Source: Balneolales bacterium
GTDB lineage: Bacteria; Bacteroidota; Rhodothermia; Balneolales; HLUCCA01
Length of the DNA stretch: 64,000 nucleotides
Assembly: GCA_024711145.1 (NCBI GenBank)
Contig: JANJTJ010000002.1
Coordinates: 31,593-95,592 of the forward strand
Reading direction: 5' to 3'
Position 1 is the stretch's first letter. Each line of letters begins with the position of its first letter. A program made the translations under genes and the position numbers. The notes beneath the pieces were generated by a model. It made no database searches and was not told where the DNA came from. It saw nothing but the letters and a program-made list of their open reading frames with translations. Shown here one piece after another: positions 1-8,604 of the stretch.

Positions 1-897
1 CAAGGTGGTGAAACGGGTCTCATGCCCATAGGAACGGACAACGATTTCGCGGGTGGCGATGCGGTCCAGGTCGAAGGCATGCAAGGGTTGCCCCATCTCG
101 CGCATCACCAGGTTGGTGGCGTCCACCAGGGCGTTGATGGGGCGCAGCCCGATGGCTTCCAGTCGACGGCGCACGGGTTCCGGCGAGGGAACGGCCTGCA
201 CGTTGCGGATGACGACGCCCACGTACCGCGGACAGGCGTCCGCGTCTTCTATGCGGATGCGGATGTCGGCCGGGTCGGCGGGGGGCAGGTCGCCGATGGC
301 CGGTTCGGGTTTGCGCAGGGGCACATTGGCTACGGCCGCAAGGTCGCGCGCGATGCCCAGGTGGCAGGTGGCGTCGGGCCGGTTCGGCGTGATGGCCACT
401 TCAAGCACATGGTCCACATCCAGGGAGGTCACCTCGGCCAGGGCCGTGCCCGGCGCGGCGGTGGTATCGAGCACCCAGATGCCGCTGTGGTCGCTGCCCA
501 GGCCGAGCTCGTCCAGGGCGCAGATCATGCCTTCGGATACCTGGCCGCGGATCTTGGACTTGCGGATGACCAAGGGGCTGCCGTCGGGCAGTTTCACGGG
601 CAATTCGGTGCCCACGGTGGCTACGGGCACGCGTTGCCCGGCCGCCACGTTGGGCGCTCCGCACACGATCCGGACGGGCGCCTCGGCGCCGATGTCCACG
701 GTGCACACGCTCAGGCGGTCGGCATCCGGGTGGCGGTCGCAGGTGAGCACATGGCCCACCACCACACCGTCCAATAGCGAACCGACCTGCTCCACGGCTT
801 CGACCTCGAGGCCGGCCAAGGTGATGCGCTCGGCGATTTCGGCGGGTGTGCCGTGCAATTGGACCAACTCCTTCAACCAATTCAGGGAAACAAGCAT
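1..897 (-). CDS. pheT: Phenylalanine--tRNA ligase beta subunit, N-terminal 299 codons (runs off the left edge)
   Basis: My reverse-strand translation from the ATG at 897 reads MLVSLNWLKELVQLHGTPAEIAERITLAGLEVEAVEQ...HPDADRLSVCTVDIGAEAPVRIVCGAPNVAAGQRVPVA...KIRGQVSEGMICALDELGL, a typical PheT tRNA-binding domain. The frame stays open to nt 1, so it is absent from the ORF track. It starts 13 nt downstream of pheS. Confidence 0.9.
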   Translation of the reverse strand, partial: MLVSLNWLKELVQLHGTPAEIAERITLAGLEVEAVEQVGSLLDGVVVGHVLTCDRHPDADRLSVCTVDIGAEAPVRIVCGAPNVAAGQRVPVATVGTELPVKLPDGSPLVIRKSKIRGQVSEGMICALDELGLGSDHSGIWVLDTTAAPGTALAEVTSLDVDHVLEVAITPNRPDATCHLGIARDLAAVANVPLRKPEPAIGDLPPADPADIRIRIEDADACPRYVGVVIRNVQAVPSPEPVRRRLEAIGLRPINALVDATNLVMREMGQPLHAFDLDRIATREIVVRSYGHETRFTTL

Positions 898-909
898 GGG
901 ATATCGGGC

Positions 910-1920
910 TTAGCGGAATTGTTCGAGGAAACGCACGTCGTTCTCATACAGCAGGCGGATGTCGTCTATGCCGTACCGCAGCTTGGCCATACGCTCCACG
1001 CCCATGCCCAAGGCGAACCCGGAGTATTCGTCGGGGTCGATGCCGGCGGCCTGCAACACGTTGGGATGCACCATGCCCGCACCGAGGATCTCCATCCAGC
1101 GGCCCGGTTGCCCCGGCGACTCGTACCAGATGTCCATTTCGAGAGAAGGTTCGGTGAACGGGAAGAAGGAAGGACGCATGCGGTATTCCACCTTCCGGTT
1201 GAAGACCATCTCGGCCAGCATCACCAGGGTTTCCTTCAGTTCGGCGAAGGTGACGTGTTTGTCCACATACAGGGCCTCCACCTGGTGGAAGAGGAAATAG
1301 GACTTGTAGTTGACGGCCTCGTTGCGGTACACGCGCCCCGGCATGATGGCCCGGATGGGTGGTTTGCGGTCCAGCATGTGGCGGATCTGCACCGGCGAGG
1401 TATGCGTGCGCAGCAGCAGGTCGCGCGTGGGATCGGAGGCATCCTTGCGGATGAAGAAGGTGTCCTGCATGTCCCGGGCGGGGTGCTCGGGCGGGAAATT
1501 GAGGGCCGTGAAATTGTGGAAGTCGTCTTCCAGTTCGGGTCCGTCGGCTACGGAAAAGCCCAGACGGAAGAAGATCTGCTTGATCTCTTCGAGCGTGAGG
1601 GTGACCGGATGCAGGGAACCCAAAGCGGGCATGGCCGGCGGGAGCGACCAATCGTCGGTGGCTTTGGCCGGGCCTGCGGGACCGTTGCCCAGGACCGCCT
1701 TGGCCGCATCGTACCGGGCTTGGGCCGATTGCCGCAGCTCGTTCAGGGGTTTGCCCACCGCAGCGCGTTCGTCGGCCGGCAACGAGCCCAACCGGGAGAA
1801 CAACTCCGTAAGGGGCGATTTTTTGACCAGGAAGCGGAGGCGGTAGGCCTCCAGCTCGGCGGGCGTAGCCAGGGAGGCGGCTTCCACCTCCGATCGGAGA
1901 GCTTCGATGTCGGAACGCAT
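910..1920 (-). CDS. pheS: Phenylalanine--tRNA ligase alpha subunit
   Basis: Track ORF 910..1959. Class II aaRS motifs are present (FPPEHPARDMQDTFF, LLRTHTSPVQIR, FFPFTEPS, GMGVERM). I take the start as ATG 1920 (MRSDIEAL). The upstream GTG 1959 lies inside a terminator hairpin. Confidence 0.93.
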   Translation of the reverse strand: MRSDIEALRSEVEAASLATPAELEAYRLRFLVKKSPLTELFSRLGSLPADERAAVGKPLNELRQSAQARYDAAKAVLGNGPAGPAKATDDWSLPPAMPALGSLHPVTLTLEEIKQIFFRLGFSVADGPELEDDFHNFTALNFPPEHPARDMQDTFFIRKDASDPTRDLLLRTHTSPVQIRHMLDRKPPIRAIMPGRVYRNEAVNYKSYFLFHQVEALYVDKHVTFAELKETLVMLAEMVFNRKVEYRMRPSFFPFTEPSLEMDIWYESPGQPGRWMEILGAGMVHPNVLQAAGIDPDEYSGFALGMGVERMAKLRYGIDDIRLLYENDVRFLEQFR

Positions 1921-1934
1921 GGTGCGGTAGGGAT

Positions 1935-1982
1935 AAAAAAAAAACCGGTACGCGTGCACCTCGGGAGGCCACCACGTACCGG
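1935..1982 (-). terminator. Intrinsic terminator or attenuating hairpin between rplT and pheS
   Basis: On the minus strand, CCGGTACG (1982..1975) pairs with CGTACCGG (1952..1945) around an inner CCTC/GAGG stem, followed by a run of 10 T (1944..1935). It ends only 14 nt before the pheS ATG. Confidence 0.6.
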
Positions 1983-2003
1983 CGAAGGTTCAAGTAAGGC
2001 GGA

Positions 2004-2354
2004 TTACTTCCCGAGGGCGGTATCGACGACGGCCTTGAAGGCTTCCGGGTGGAAGATGGCCAGGTCGGCGAGGGCCTTGCGGTTGATTTCCATCTGCTTG
2101 GATTTCATGGCTCCCATCAGGGCGGAGTACGAAACTCCATTCAGGCGTGCCCCCGCGTTGATCCGTGCGATCCACAAGGCGCGGAATTCGCGCTTACGGA
2201 CCCGACGGTCGCGGTATTGGTACTGCAACCCTTTCTCGACGGTGTTTTTGGCCGCCGTGTAGACGTTGCTACGCCGACCCCAGTAACCTTTCGCTTGATC
2301 CAGGATCTTTTTGCGACGGCGACGGGAAGCCACATGGTTTACGGAACGTGGCAT
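2004..2354 (-). CDS. rplT: 50S ribosomal protein L20
   Basis: [51 protein letters not shown]... is a canonical L20 sequence. Confidence 0.97.
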   Translation of the reverse strand: MPRSVNHVASRRRRKKILDQAKGYWGRRSNVYTAAKNTVEKGLQYQYRDRRVRKREFRALWIARINAGARLNGVSYSALMGAMKSKQMEINRKALADLAIFHPEAFKAVVDTALGK

Positions 2355-2406
2355 TTTTGTGCGTGTTTAATGGTTTGCGGGAAGTGTTGAGGAAACGGAA
2401 TGCGGA

Positions 2407-2604
2407 TCAGAGGTAGGGAATCAGCATCTTGATGTTGGCCTCGTCGGCCGGATGCACCAAGGTGGACGTACCCAGATTGCGTTTCCGTTTCGCATCCTTT
2501 TTCGTCAGGATATGACGCAGGAATGCCTTCTTGCGCTTCAGGCGGCCGGTTCCGGTCACTTTGAAACGTTTCTTGGCACCACTGTTCGATTTCACCTTGG
2601 GCAT
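2407..2604 (-). CDS. rpmI: 50S ribosomal protein L35
   Basis: [36 protein letters not shown] is a canonical L35 sequence. Confidence 0.95.
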   Translation of the reverse strand: MPKVKSNSGAKKRFKVTGTGRLKRKKAFLRHILTKKDAKRKRNLGTSTLVHPADEANIKMLIPYL

Positions 2605-2657
2605 GGGACCTTCTGGTAGTTTGCGTTACGGATAGACTTGTAAAATACGGCGGAAAC

Positions 2658-3194
2658 CTACTTCGGTGCAATGATGACCGACATGCGTTTGCCTTCCAGC
2701 AGGGCCTGTTGTTCCACTTTGCCCAATTCCTTCAGGTCGTCGGCGAAGCGTTTGAGCAGGTTGGTTCCGTTTTCGGAGTAGATGATGTCGCGCCCGCGGA
2801 ATTGCACGGTGGCTTTCACCTTGTTGCCTTCGCCCAGGAACTCCTTGGCGTGGCGCATTTTGAACTCGTAGTCGTGGTCGTCGGTGTGCGGGCGGAACCG
2901 GATCTCTTTGATCGTGACCGTATGCTGTTTCTTGCGGGCTTCTTTTTCCCGCTTCTTCTTCTCGAACTGGTATTTGCCGAATTCCAATATGCGGCAGACG
3001 GGCGGTACGGCCAACGGGGCCACTTCCACCAGGTCCAGATTCATGCCGGCGGCCAAACGGACGGCCTCCTCGATGCCGAGGATCACATGTTCGTTGTTCG
3101 GCTTGATCACCCGCACTTTCTGCGCGGTGATTTCCTCATTGATGCGTTCGCGGTTTTCATCGCGCTGCGGGGCGCGGTTGTAGCGTGGGTTGAT
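2658..3194 (-). CDS. infC: Translation initiation factor IF-3, with a non-canonical ATC start
   Basis: The track ORF starts at GTG 3116. The open frame continues upstream as INPRYNRAPQRDENRERINEEITAQKVRVIKPNNE, which matches the conserved IF-3 N-terminus (RIN.EI.A..VRLI). The ATC at 3194..3192 is preceded by AAGGAG (3206..3201) with a 6 nt spacer. Confidence 0.85.
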   Translation of the reverse strand: MNPRYNRAPQRDENRERINEEITAQKVRVIKPNNEHVILGIEEAVRLAAGMNLDLVEVAPLAVPPVCRILEFGKYQFEKKKREKEARKKQHTVTIKEIRFRPHTDDHDYEFKMRHAKEFLGEGNKVKATVQFRGRDIIYSENGTNLLKRFADDLKELGKVEQQALLEGKRMSVIIAPK

Positions 3195-3211
3195 AGGATG
3201 CTCCTTGGTTC

Positions 3212-5152
3212 TTATTCGGGATTGACTTTGGAGGAAATTTCCTCCGAAACGCGGCTAATAAACGCTGAAAACGGCACACTTCCAAGATTTCCCTTCTTGT
3301 GCCTGCGCACCGCCACACTGCCGTCGGCGGCTTCCTTCTCGCCGATGACCAGCATGTAGGGAATCTTGCGGGTTTCGGCATTGCGGATCTTGGCTCCGAT
3401 CTGGTCGGTGGACCCATCCAATTCGGCCCGGATGCCCGACGCCTTCAGTTCTTCCACCCGCTGGGCGGCCAATTCGCGGTGCGGATCCGACACCGGTATG
3501 ACCAACACCTGCACGGGGGCCAGCCAGACGGGGAAGTCGCCGGCGAAATGTTCGATGAGGATGGAGATGAACCGTTCCATGGACCCGAAGGGGGCCCGGT
3601 GGATGATGACCGGCCGATGCTTCTTGTTATCGGCACCCACATATTCCAGATCGAAGCGCTCGGGCATCACATAATCCACCTGCACGGTGCCGAGCTGCCA
3701 TTTGCGGCCCAGGGCGTCCTGCACGATGAAATCGAATTTTGGGCCGTAGAAGGCGGCCTCGCCGATGCCCACGAAACTGTCCAACCCCATTTCCCGGGCC
3801 ACTTCGGCGATCTCGCGTTCGGCCTGATCCCACATTTCGGCGGAACCGGCATATTTGGAGGTGTCGGCCGGGTCGCGGAAGGAAAGCCGGGTCTTCACGG
3901 GCATGTCGAAGGTCTTGAAGACCAACTGGGTGAGCTCGATGGCGTTCTTCAGTTCGTCCTTGAGCTGGTCCTGCCGGCAATAGATATGGGCGTCGTCCTG
4001 GGTGAAGCCACGCACCCGCGTGAGGCCGGTGAGCTCGCCCGACTGCTCGTAGCGGTACACGCTGCCGAATTCGGCCAGGCGGATGGGCAATTCCCTGTAA
4101 CTGCGGGGCTCGTTGAGGTACACCTGGTGGTGGTGGGGGCAGTTCATGGGCTTGAGGAGGTATTCCTCGTCTTCCACGGTGATGGGGGCGAACTGCGAAT
4201 CGGCGTAGTAGGGGTAATGCCCGGAGGTGCGGTACAGGTCCAGGTTCCCGATGTGCGGAGTGATGACCTCCTGGTAGCCGCGGCGGATGAGCTCGGCCCG
4301 AAGGAAGGCTTCCAGCTCCCGACGGATGATGGTTCCGTTGGGCAACCATACGGGCAGGCCGCGTCCCACCATCTTGTTGAACATGAAGAGGCCCAGCTCT
4401 TTGCCCAGCTTCTTGTGGTCCCGCTTCTTGGCTTCCTCCAACCGATACAGATGCTCGTCGAGCAGGGATTTTTTCGGGAAGGTGACCCCGTACACACGGG
4501 TGAGCTGTTTGCGGTCGCTGTCGCCCCGCCAATAGGCACCGGCGATGCTCAGCAATTTGACGGCCTTGATGGGCTCGGTATCGGGCAGGTGCGGGCCCCG
4601 GCACAGGTCGGTAAAGTCGCCTTGGGAATAGAACGTGATGGTGCCGTCGCTCAGGTCTTGCAACAGTTCCACCTTGTAGGGATCGCCTTTGGCTTCGAAA
4701 TAGGCCAGGGCTTCGTCTTTGGGCACCTCGCGCCGCTCGAAGCGGCTCTTGGCCCTGGCCAGCTCCAGCATCTTGGTTTCGATGCGGGCCAGGTCCTCTT
4801 CGGTCAGTTTCCGGTCCCCGAAATCCATGTCGTAGTAGAAGCCGTTGGCGATGGGCGGACCGATGGCGAACTTGGTTTCCGGGAAGAAATGCTGCACGGC
4901 TTCGGCCATCAGGTGGGCCGAGGAGTGCCAGAAGGTCTGCTGCCCGTCTTCGTCGTTCCAGGTGTGGATGCGCACCAGGCCGTCGCCGGGGATGGGGCGG
5001 GCCAGGTCGCGCACTTCGCCGTTCCAACTGTAGGAGAGGGCCTCGCGCTCGAGCCGGGGCGATATGGACGCGGCCAGCTGGGCACCGGTGGTGCCGGCGG
5101 GGTAGGAACGGACGGAGCCGTCGGGGAAGGAAAGGGAGATGGTTGCGGACAT
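3212..5152 (-). CDS. thrS: Threonine--tRNA ligase
   Basis: Track ORF 3212..5251. It has a TGS domain (ISLSFPDGSVRSYPAGTTG), a second additional domain (WHSSAHLMAEAV), a class II core and an anticodon-binding domain. I take the start as ATG 5152 (MSATISL). The upstream part of the ORF covers a terminator and a tRNA. Confidence 0.95.
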   Translation of the reverse strand: MSATISLSFPDGSVRSYPAGTTGAQLAASISPRLEREALSYSWNGEVRDLARPIPGDGLVRIHTWNDEDGQQTFWHSSAHLMAEAVQHFFPETKFAIGPPIANGFYYDMDFGDRKLTEEDLARIETKMLELARAKSRFERREVPKDEALAYFEAKGDPYKVELLQDLSDGTITFYSQGDFTDLCRGPHLPDTEPIKAVKLLSIAGAYWRGDSDRKQLTRVYGVTFPKKSLLDEHLYRLEEAKKRDHKKLGKELGLFMFNKMVGRGLPVWLPNGTIIRRELEAFLRAELIRRGYQEVITPHIGNLDLYRTSGHYPYYADSQFAPITVEDEEYLLKPMNCPHHHQVYLNEPRSYRELPIRLAEFGSVYRYEQSGELTGLTRVRGFTQDDAHIYCRQDQLKDELKNAIELTQLVFKTFDMPVKTRLSFRDPADTSKYAGSAEMWDQAEREIAEVAREMGLDSFVGIGEAAFYGPKFDFIVQDALGRKWQLGTVQVDYVMPERFDLEYVGADNKKHRPVIIHRAPFGSMERFISILIEHFAGDFPVWLAPVQVLVIPVSDPHRELAAQRVEELKASGIRAELDGSTDQIGAKIRNAETRKIPYMLVIGEKEAADGSVAVRRHKKGNLGSVPFSAFISRVSEEISSKVNPE

Positions 5153-5171
5153 GGGCGACGGGCGGACGGTC

Positions 5172-5197
5172 AAAAAAAAGGCGCACCGAAGTGCGCC
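5172..5197 (-). terminator. Rho-independent terminator after tRNA-Val
   Basis: The minus strand reads GGCGCAC-TTCG-GTGCGCC followed by T8 (5179..5172). It ends 19 nt upstream of the thrS ATG. Confidence 0.8.
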
Positions 5198-5209
5198 TGG
5201 CTCGGGATG

Positions 5210-5283
5210 TGGGTCGTAATGGACTCGAACCATCGACCTCCACGATGTCAACGTGGCGCTCTAACCAACTGAGCTAACGACCC
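5210..5283 (-). tRNA. tRNA-Val (anticodon GAC)
   Basis: A manual cloverleaf fits GGGTCGT-TA-GCTC-AGTTGGTTA-GAGC-G-CCACG-TTGACAT-CGTGG-AGGTC-GATGG-TTCGAGT-CCATT-ACGACCC-A. No CCA is encoded. Confidence 0.92.
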
Positions 5284-5290
5284 GAAGCAC

Positions 5291-5298
5291 CAAAGATA
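5291..5298 (-). promoter_or_regulatory. Bacteroidetes-type -7 promoter box (TATCTTTG) for tRNA-Val
   Basis: This is an exact TAnnTTTG match, ending 7 nt upstream of the mature tRNA 5' end. The spacing is close to that seen at tRNA-Leu (8 nt). Confidence 0.55.
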
Positions 5299-5319
5299 CG
5301 AACAATCGCTTGGGGTGCG

Positions 5320-5327
5320 TATCTTGC
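5320..5327 (+). promoter_or_regulatory. -7-like box (TATCTTGC) for nusB-ychF
   Basis: One mismatch to TAnnTTTG. It ends 7 nt before the nusB ATG and forms an inverted repeat (AAGATACG/CGTATCTT) with the divergent tRNA-Val box. Confidence 0.35.
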
Positions 5328-5334
5328 GAATCTT

Positions 5335-5820
5335 ATGATGCATCGCCGCCCGTTGCGGGAAATCGCTCTTTGCACGCTGTACGCCCACGCCCTCGACCAA
5401 GGGGACCCGGCCTATGCCATGCTGCATGTCATGGGTCCGCGCTTGGATGAGCTCAAGTCGGCGGGCTTACCCAAAGAAGACCGCATCTTCTGCGAGAACC
5501 TGTATCTGAAGACGGTCAGCCTGTCCGAAACCGCCGACGCCCTCATCGGCTCGAAGACGGCCAATTGGGATCTGGAGCGGATCGCCCTCATCGACCGTCT
5601 GATCTTGCGCTTGGCCATCACCGAGTGGTTGGAATTCGAAGACATTCCGCCCCGGGTAAGCCTGAACGAAGCCATCGAACTGGCGAAAACCTATTCCACC
5701 GGTAATTCCGGCAAATTCGTGAACGGCATACTGGATGCCGTACTCACCGAACTCAAGAAAGAAAACCGCCTGCACAAGACCGGTGCGGGCTTGCTGGACC
5801 TCCCCTCGAAGAAATCATGA
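5335..5820 (+). CDS. nusB: Transcription antitermination factor NusB
   Basis: A 161 aa protein. The segment NWDLERIALIDRLILRLAITEWLEFEDIPPRVSLNEAIELAKTYSTGNSGKFVNGILD is the typical NusB core. Confidence 0.88.
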   Translation: MMHRRPLREIALCTLYAHALDQGDPAYAMLHVMGPRLDELKSAGLPKEDRIFCENLYLKTVSLSETADALIGSKTANWDLERIALIDRLILRLAITEWLEFEDIPPRVSLNEAIELAKTYSTGNSGKFVNGILDAVLTELKKENRLHKTGAGLLDLPSKKS

Positions 5821-6917
5821 GTCTTACCTGCGGAATCGTAGGCCTTCCCAATGTGGGCAAGTCCTCCCTGTTCAATGCCTTGAGCAACGCCGGCGCCGAA
5901 GCCGCCAATTTCCCCTTCTGCACCATCGACCCGAACGTGGGTGTGGTGCCGGTGCCTGACCCCCGGTTGGACAAACTGGCCGAGTTGGTCAAGCCCCAGC
6001 GGGTGATACCCACCTCCATCGAATTCGTGGACATCGCCGGGTTGGTGAAAGGCGCTTCGGAAGGAAAAGGGAAGGGGAACGCCTTCCTGTCGCATATCCG
6101 CGAGACCGACATCATCGTGCATGTGGTGCGGTGTTTCGAGAACGACGACATCATCCATGTCGAGGGCTCGGTGAATCCCAAGCGCGACATCGCCATCATC
6201 GATTCCGAATTGCTCATCAAAGATCTGGAGAGCATCGAGAAGCGGGTGGACAAGCTGCGCAAGCAGGCCAAGACCAACGACCGTTTGGCCAAGCTGCAGC
6301 TGGAAGCCATCGAACGGCTGGCCGACCACGTGCAGAACGGAAACCCCGTGCGCACCTTCACCGCCTCGGAAGAGGAGCGTGAGGGGTACGCCGACCTGTT
6401 CCTGCTCACCGAAAAGCCCGTGCTGTTCGCCTGCAACGTAAGCGAGGCCGACCTGCCCACCGGCGCCGGCAATGCGTATGTGGAAGCCGTGCGGGCCATA
6501 GCCCTGGAACGGGGGAGCGAGGTCGTGGTGCTCAGCGCGGCCATAGAAGCCGAAATCGCCGAGCTGGAGCCGGCCGAGAAGGCCGAATTCCTCAAAGACC
6601 TGGGCATCGAGAGTGCCGGGTTGGACCAGCTGATCCGGGCCGCCTATCGGGAACTGGGGCTCATCACGTATTTCACGGCGGGTGAGAAAGAGGTGCGGGC
6701 CTGGACCATCCACGCCGGTTTCAAGGCTCCCCAGGCCGCTGGCGTCATCCACAGCGATTTCGAGCGGGGATTCATCCGTGCCGAGACCATCGCCTTCGCC
6801 GATTACGTGAAATACGGCACCGAGCAGGCCTGCAAAGACAACGGCAAGTTGCGCGCCGAAGGGAAGGAGTACGTCGTCCAGGATGGCGACGTACTGCACT
6901 TCCGGTTCAACGTGTGA
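5817..6917 (+). CDS. ychF: Ribosome-binding ATPase YchF
   Basis: It has the GIVGLPNVGKSSLFNALS P-loop, a TGS-like C-terminus (KAPQAAGVIHSDFERGFIRAE) and ends ...GDVLHFRFNV. Its ATGA overlaps the nusB stop. Confidence 0.95.
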   Translation: MSLTCGIVGLPNVGKSSLFNALSNAGAEAANFPFCTIDPNVGVVPVPDPRLDKLAELVKPQRVIPTSIEFVDIAGLVKGASEGKGKGNAFLSHIRETDIIVHVVRCFENDDIIHVEGSVNPKRDIAIIDSELLIKDLESIEKRVDKLRKQAKTNDRLAKLQLEAIERLADHVQNGNPVRTFTASEEEREGYADLFLLTEKPVLFACNVSEADLPTGAGNAYVEAVRAIALERGSEVVVLSAAIEAEIAELEPAEKAEFLKDLGIESAGLDQLIRAAYRELGLITYFTAGEKEVRAWTIHAGFKAPQAAGVIHSDFERGFIRAETIAFADYVKYGTEQACKDNGKLRAEGKEYVVQDGDVLHFRFNV

Positions 6918-6926
6918 GGTAGCCTC

Positions 6927-8591
6927 TCAGAACCCGACCGATACTCCGTATTTGAACAGCAGGTCGGGGTAGGTGACGGTGCTGAAGCCCATTTTCACGC
7001 GGTCGCCCAGCATGTAGGTGCGTGTGAGGGACAGGCCTGTGGGTAAAGGCATGCCCAAGGTGGCTTTCAGGTCGGAATCGGCCTTGCTGTGCAACCCTTC
7101 GCCGAACATGATGTTGGTGCCGAACCGGTAGTGCGGATTGTTGTAGCCGGTGCGTTTGCCGAAGGCCTGCATGAGGAGCCCGTCGAAATCCAGGTAGAGC
7201 AGCCGCAGGGGGATATAGACCAGACTCATGGGCGTGAACCGGTCTTTCATGCGGAAATCCACCCCTATGCCCAGGCCGTGTGCCGCCTGTTTGCCGATGT
7301 ACGAATCGCCGAAGGCGACGGAGAGGTCGCCCTGGTAGTTGGTGTAGTTGAGGGTGAGGGTATGCCTACCCATGGCGAAATCGGCCCCCAGGGTAAAGGA
7401 GGAGGGCAACGACACGGTCATGTCTTCGATGAGTTGGTTGATGTCGCGCCGGGTGGTGAGGTTGGGTTTGGCCGCCTGCAGGGTGTCCAGCTTCACTTTG
7501 AGATCGCCGCCGAGCACATCGTCTCCGATCACGAAAACCGGGAGGTAGGCATCGCCATACGCGTCGGGGTCGGAAAGTCGGAAGGTGGGCATGCGGGTAT
7601 AGAGGGCCGAAACGGTGACCCAGCGGAAGGTGGGTGGGCGATAGGTGAGCCCCAGGGAGAAGCCGTTCCGAGTATCCGAATAATCGCCTCGTGCGCGCAT
7701 GTAGAGGGCGTTGGTTTCGCCGTTGGCGGCATCCAGATTGGGGTCGTCCGGGTTGTTGAAGAAACGTTCGTCGGCCCGGCTGACCACCACCATGCCGGTG
7801 AAGTCGGCTTCCAGATTCCGGAAGCTGGTCATTCGGTAGCGAGAATGGGAAAACCCGACATCCAGGTCTCCATACGGGCTTCCTTCCAGTATCCGGACTC
7901 CCAAAGCCGTGGTGAACGCGTTCATGTCCAGGGTCATGCGGGTGGCCAGGGAAATGTTCATGAGCACATCGAACCGGATGCTCACATCATCGGAGCCCTG
8001 TTCCTGGGCGATTTGGGTATTGATCCCTGTGGCCAACAATTCGAACTGACCTTGGATGGGTTGATGGGTGGCGAATGCCAGGGTGGCCCGGTTTCCCAAA
8101 GGCAAGGCCAAGGCGATGGACGGGAAAGGTGGGCGTATGCCGCCCCCTACACCCCGGAATTCGGTATGGGAGCGGTAGCCTCCGGGCAGGAAATTGACCT
8201 GTTCCGGATCGTCGAGGATGTCGTTCATGGCACCGGCCACTTCGTCGTCCAACATGGAACCCACTTCGTTGCTGAGGGATCCGCCTTTGGCGAGCGAAGG
8301 CATCAGGCTGCCGTCGAACAGGAATTCGCCGGTTCGCAGGGCGGCCAGTTCGGCCGGGTTGCCGGTGACGGCCGCGCCACCCGCACGCGTGCGGGGCGAC
8401 AGCAAGCCACCGTACCCCGAAGAGCCGAACGTGCTCGAGGAGTTGAACCCGAGGCGGAAGACCAGGTCCACGTTACCGCCACGCCAGATCGACATTTCGG
8501 GTTTTGCTTCTTCGTCTTCGGTTTGGGCGAATGCGCCGGTTGTGCCGATACCGACGGCAAGCAGGGCGATAAACAGTGAGCGGATGTTCAT
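6927..8591 (-). CDS. Outer-membrane beta-barrel protein of unknown function (554 aa)
   Basis: It has a signal peptide (MNIRSLFIALLAVGIGTTGAFA|Q), alternating amphipathic strands and a C-terminal ...YGVSVGF. It is the last gene of a three-gene minus-strand operon, with a 13 nt gap. Confidence 0.6.
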   Translation of the reverse strand: MNIRSLFIALLAVGIGTTGAFAQTEDEEAKPEMSIWRGGNVDLVFRLGFNSSSTFGSSGYGGLLSPRTRAGGAAVTGNPAELAALRTGEFLFDGSLMPSLAKGGSLSNEVGSMLDDEVAGAMNDILDDPEQVNFLPGGYRSHTEFRGVGGGIRPPFPSIALALPLGNRATLAFATHQPIQGQFELLATGINTQIAQEQGSDDVSIRFDVLMNISLATRMTLDMNAFTTALGVRILEGSPYGDLDVGFSHSRYRMTSFRNLEADFTGMVVVSRADERFFNNPDDPNLDAANGETNALYMRARGDYSDTRNGFSLGLTYRPPTFRWVTVSALYTRMPTFRLSDPDAYGDAYLPVFVIGDDVLGGDLKVKLDTLQAAKPNLTTRRDINQLIEDMTVSLPSSFTLGADFAMGRHTLTLNYTNYQGDLSVAFGDSYIGKQAAHGLGIGVDFRMKDRFTPMSLVYIPLRLLYLDFDGLLMQAFGKRTGYNNPHYRFGTNIMFGEGLHSKADSDLKATLGMPLPTGLSLTRTYMLGDRVKMGFSTVTYPDLLFKYGVSVGF

Positions 8592-8604
8592 GAGGGCGTC
8601 CCGG

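Noticed and set aside
1918-1959. A short in-frame extension upstream of pheS reads (M)HAYRFFFYPYRT, reminiscent of the Phe-rich E. coli pheM leader peptide (..FRFFFYF..).
   Set aside because: The FFF comes from the T-tract of the rplT-pheS terminator. The GTG lies inside the hairpin's 3' arm. There is no stop before the pheS ATG. A leader peptide would need to precede the terminator, not follow it. I treat this as coincidence, and only the terminator is reported.
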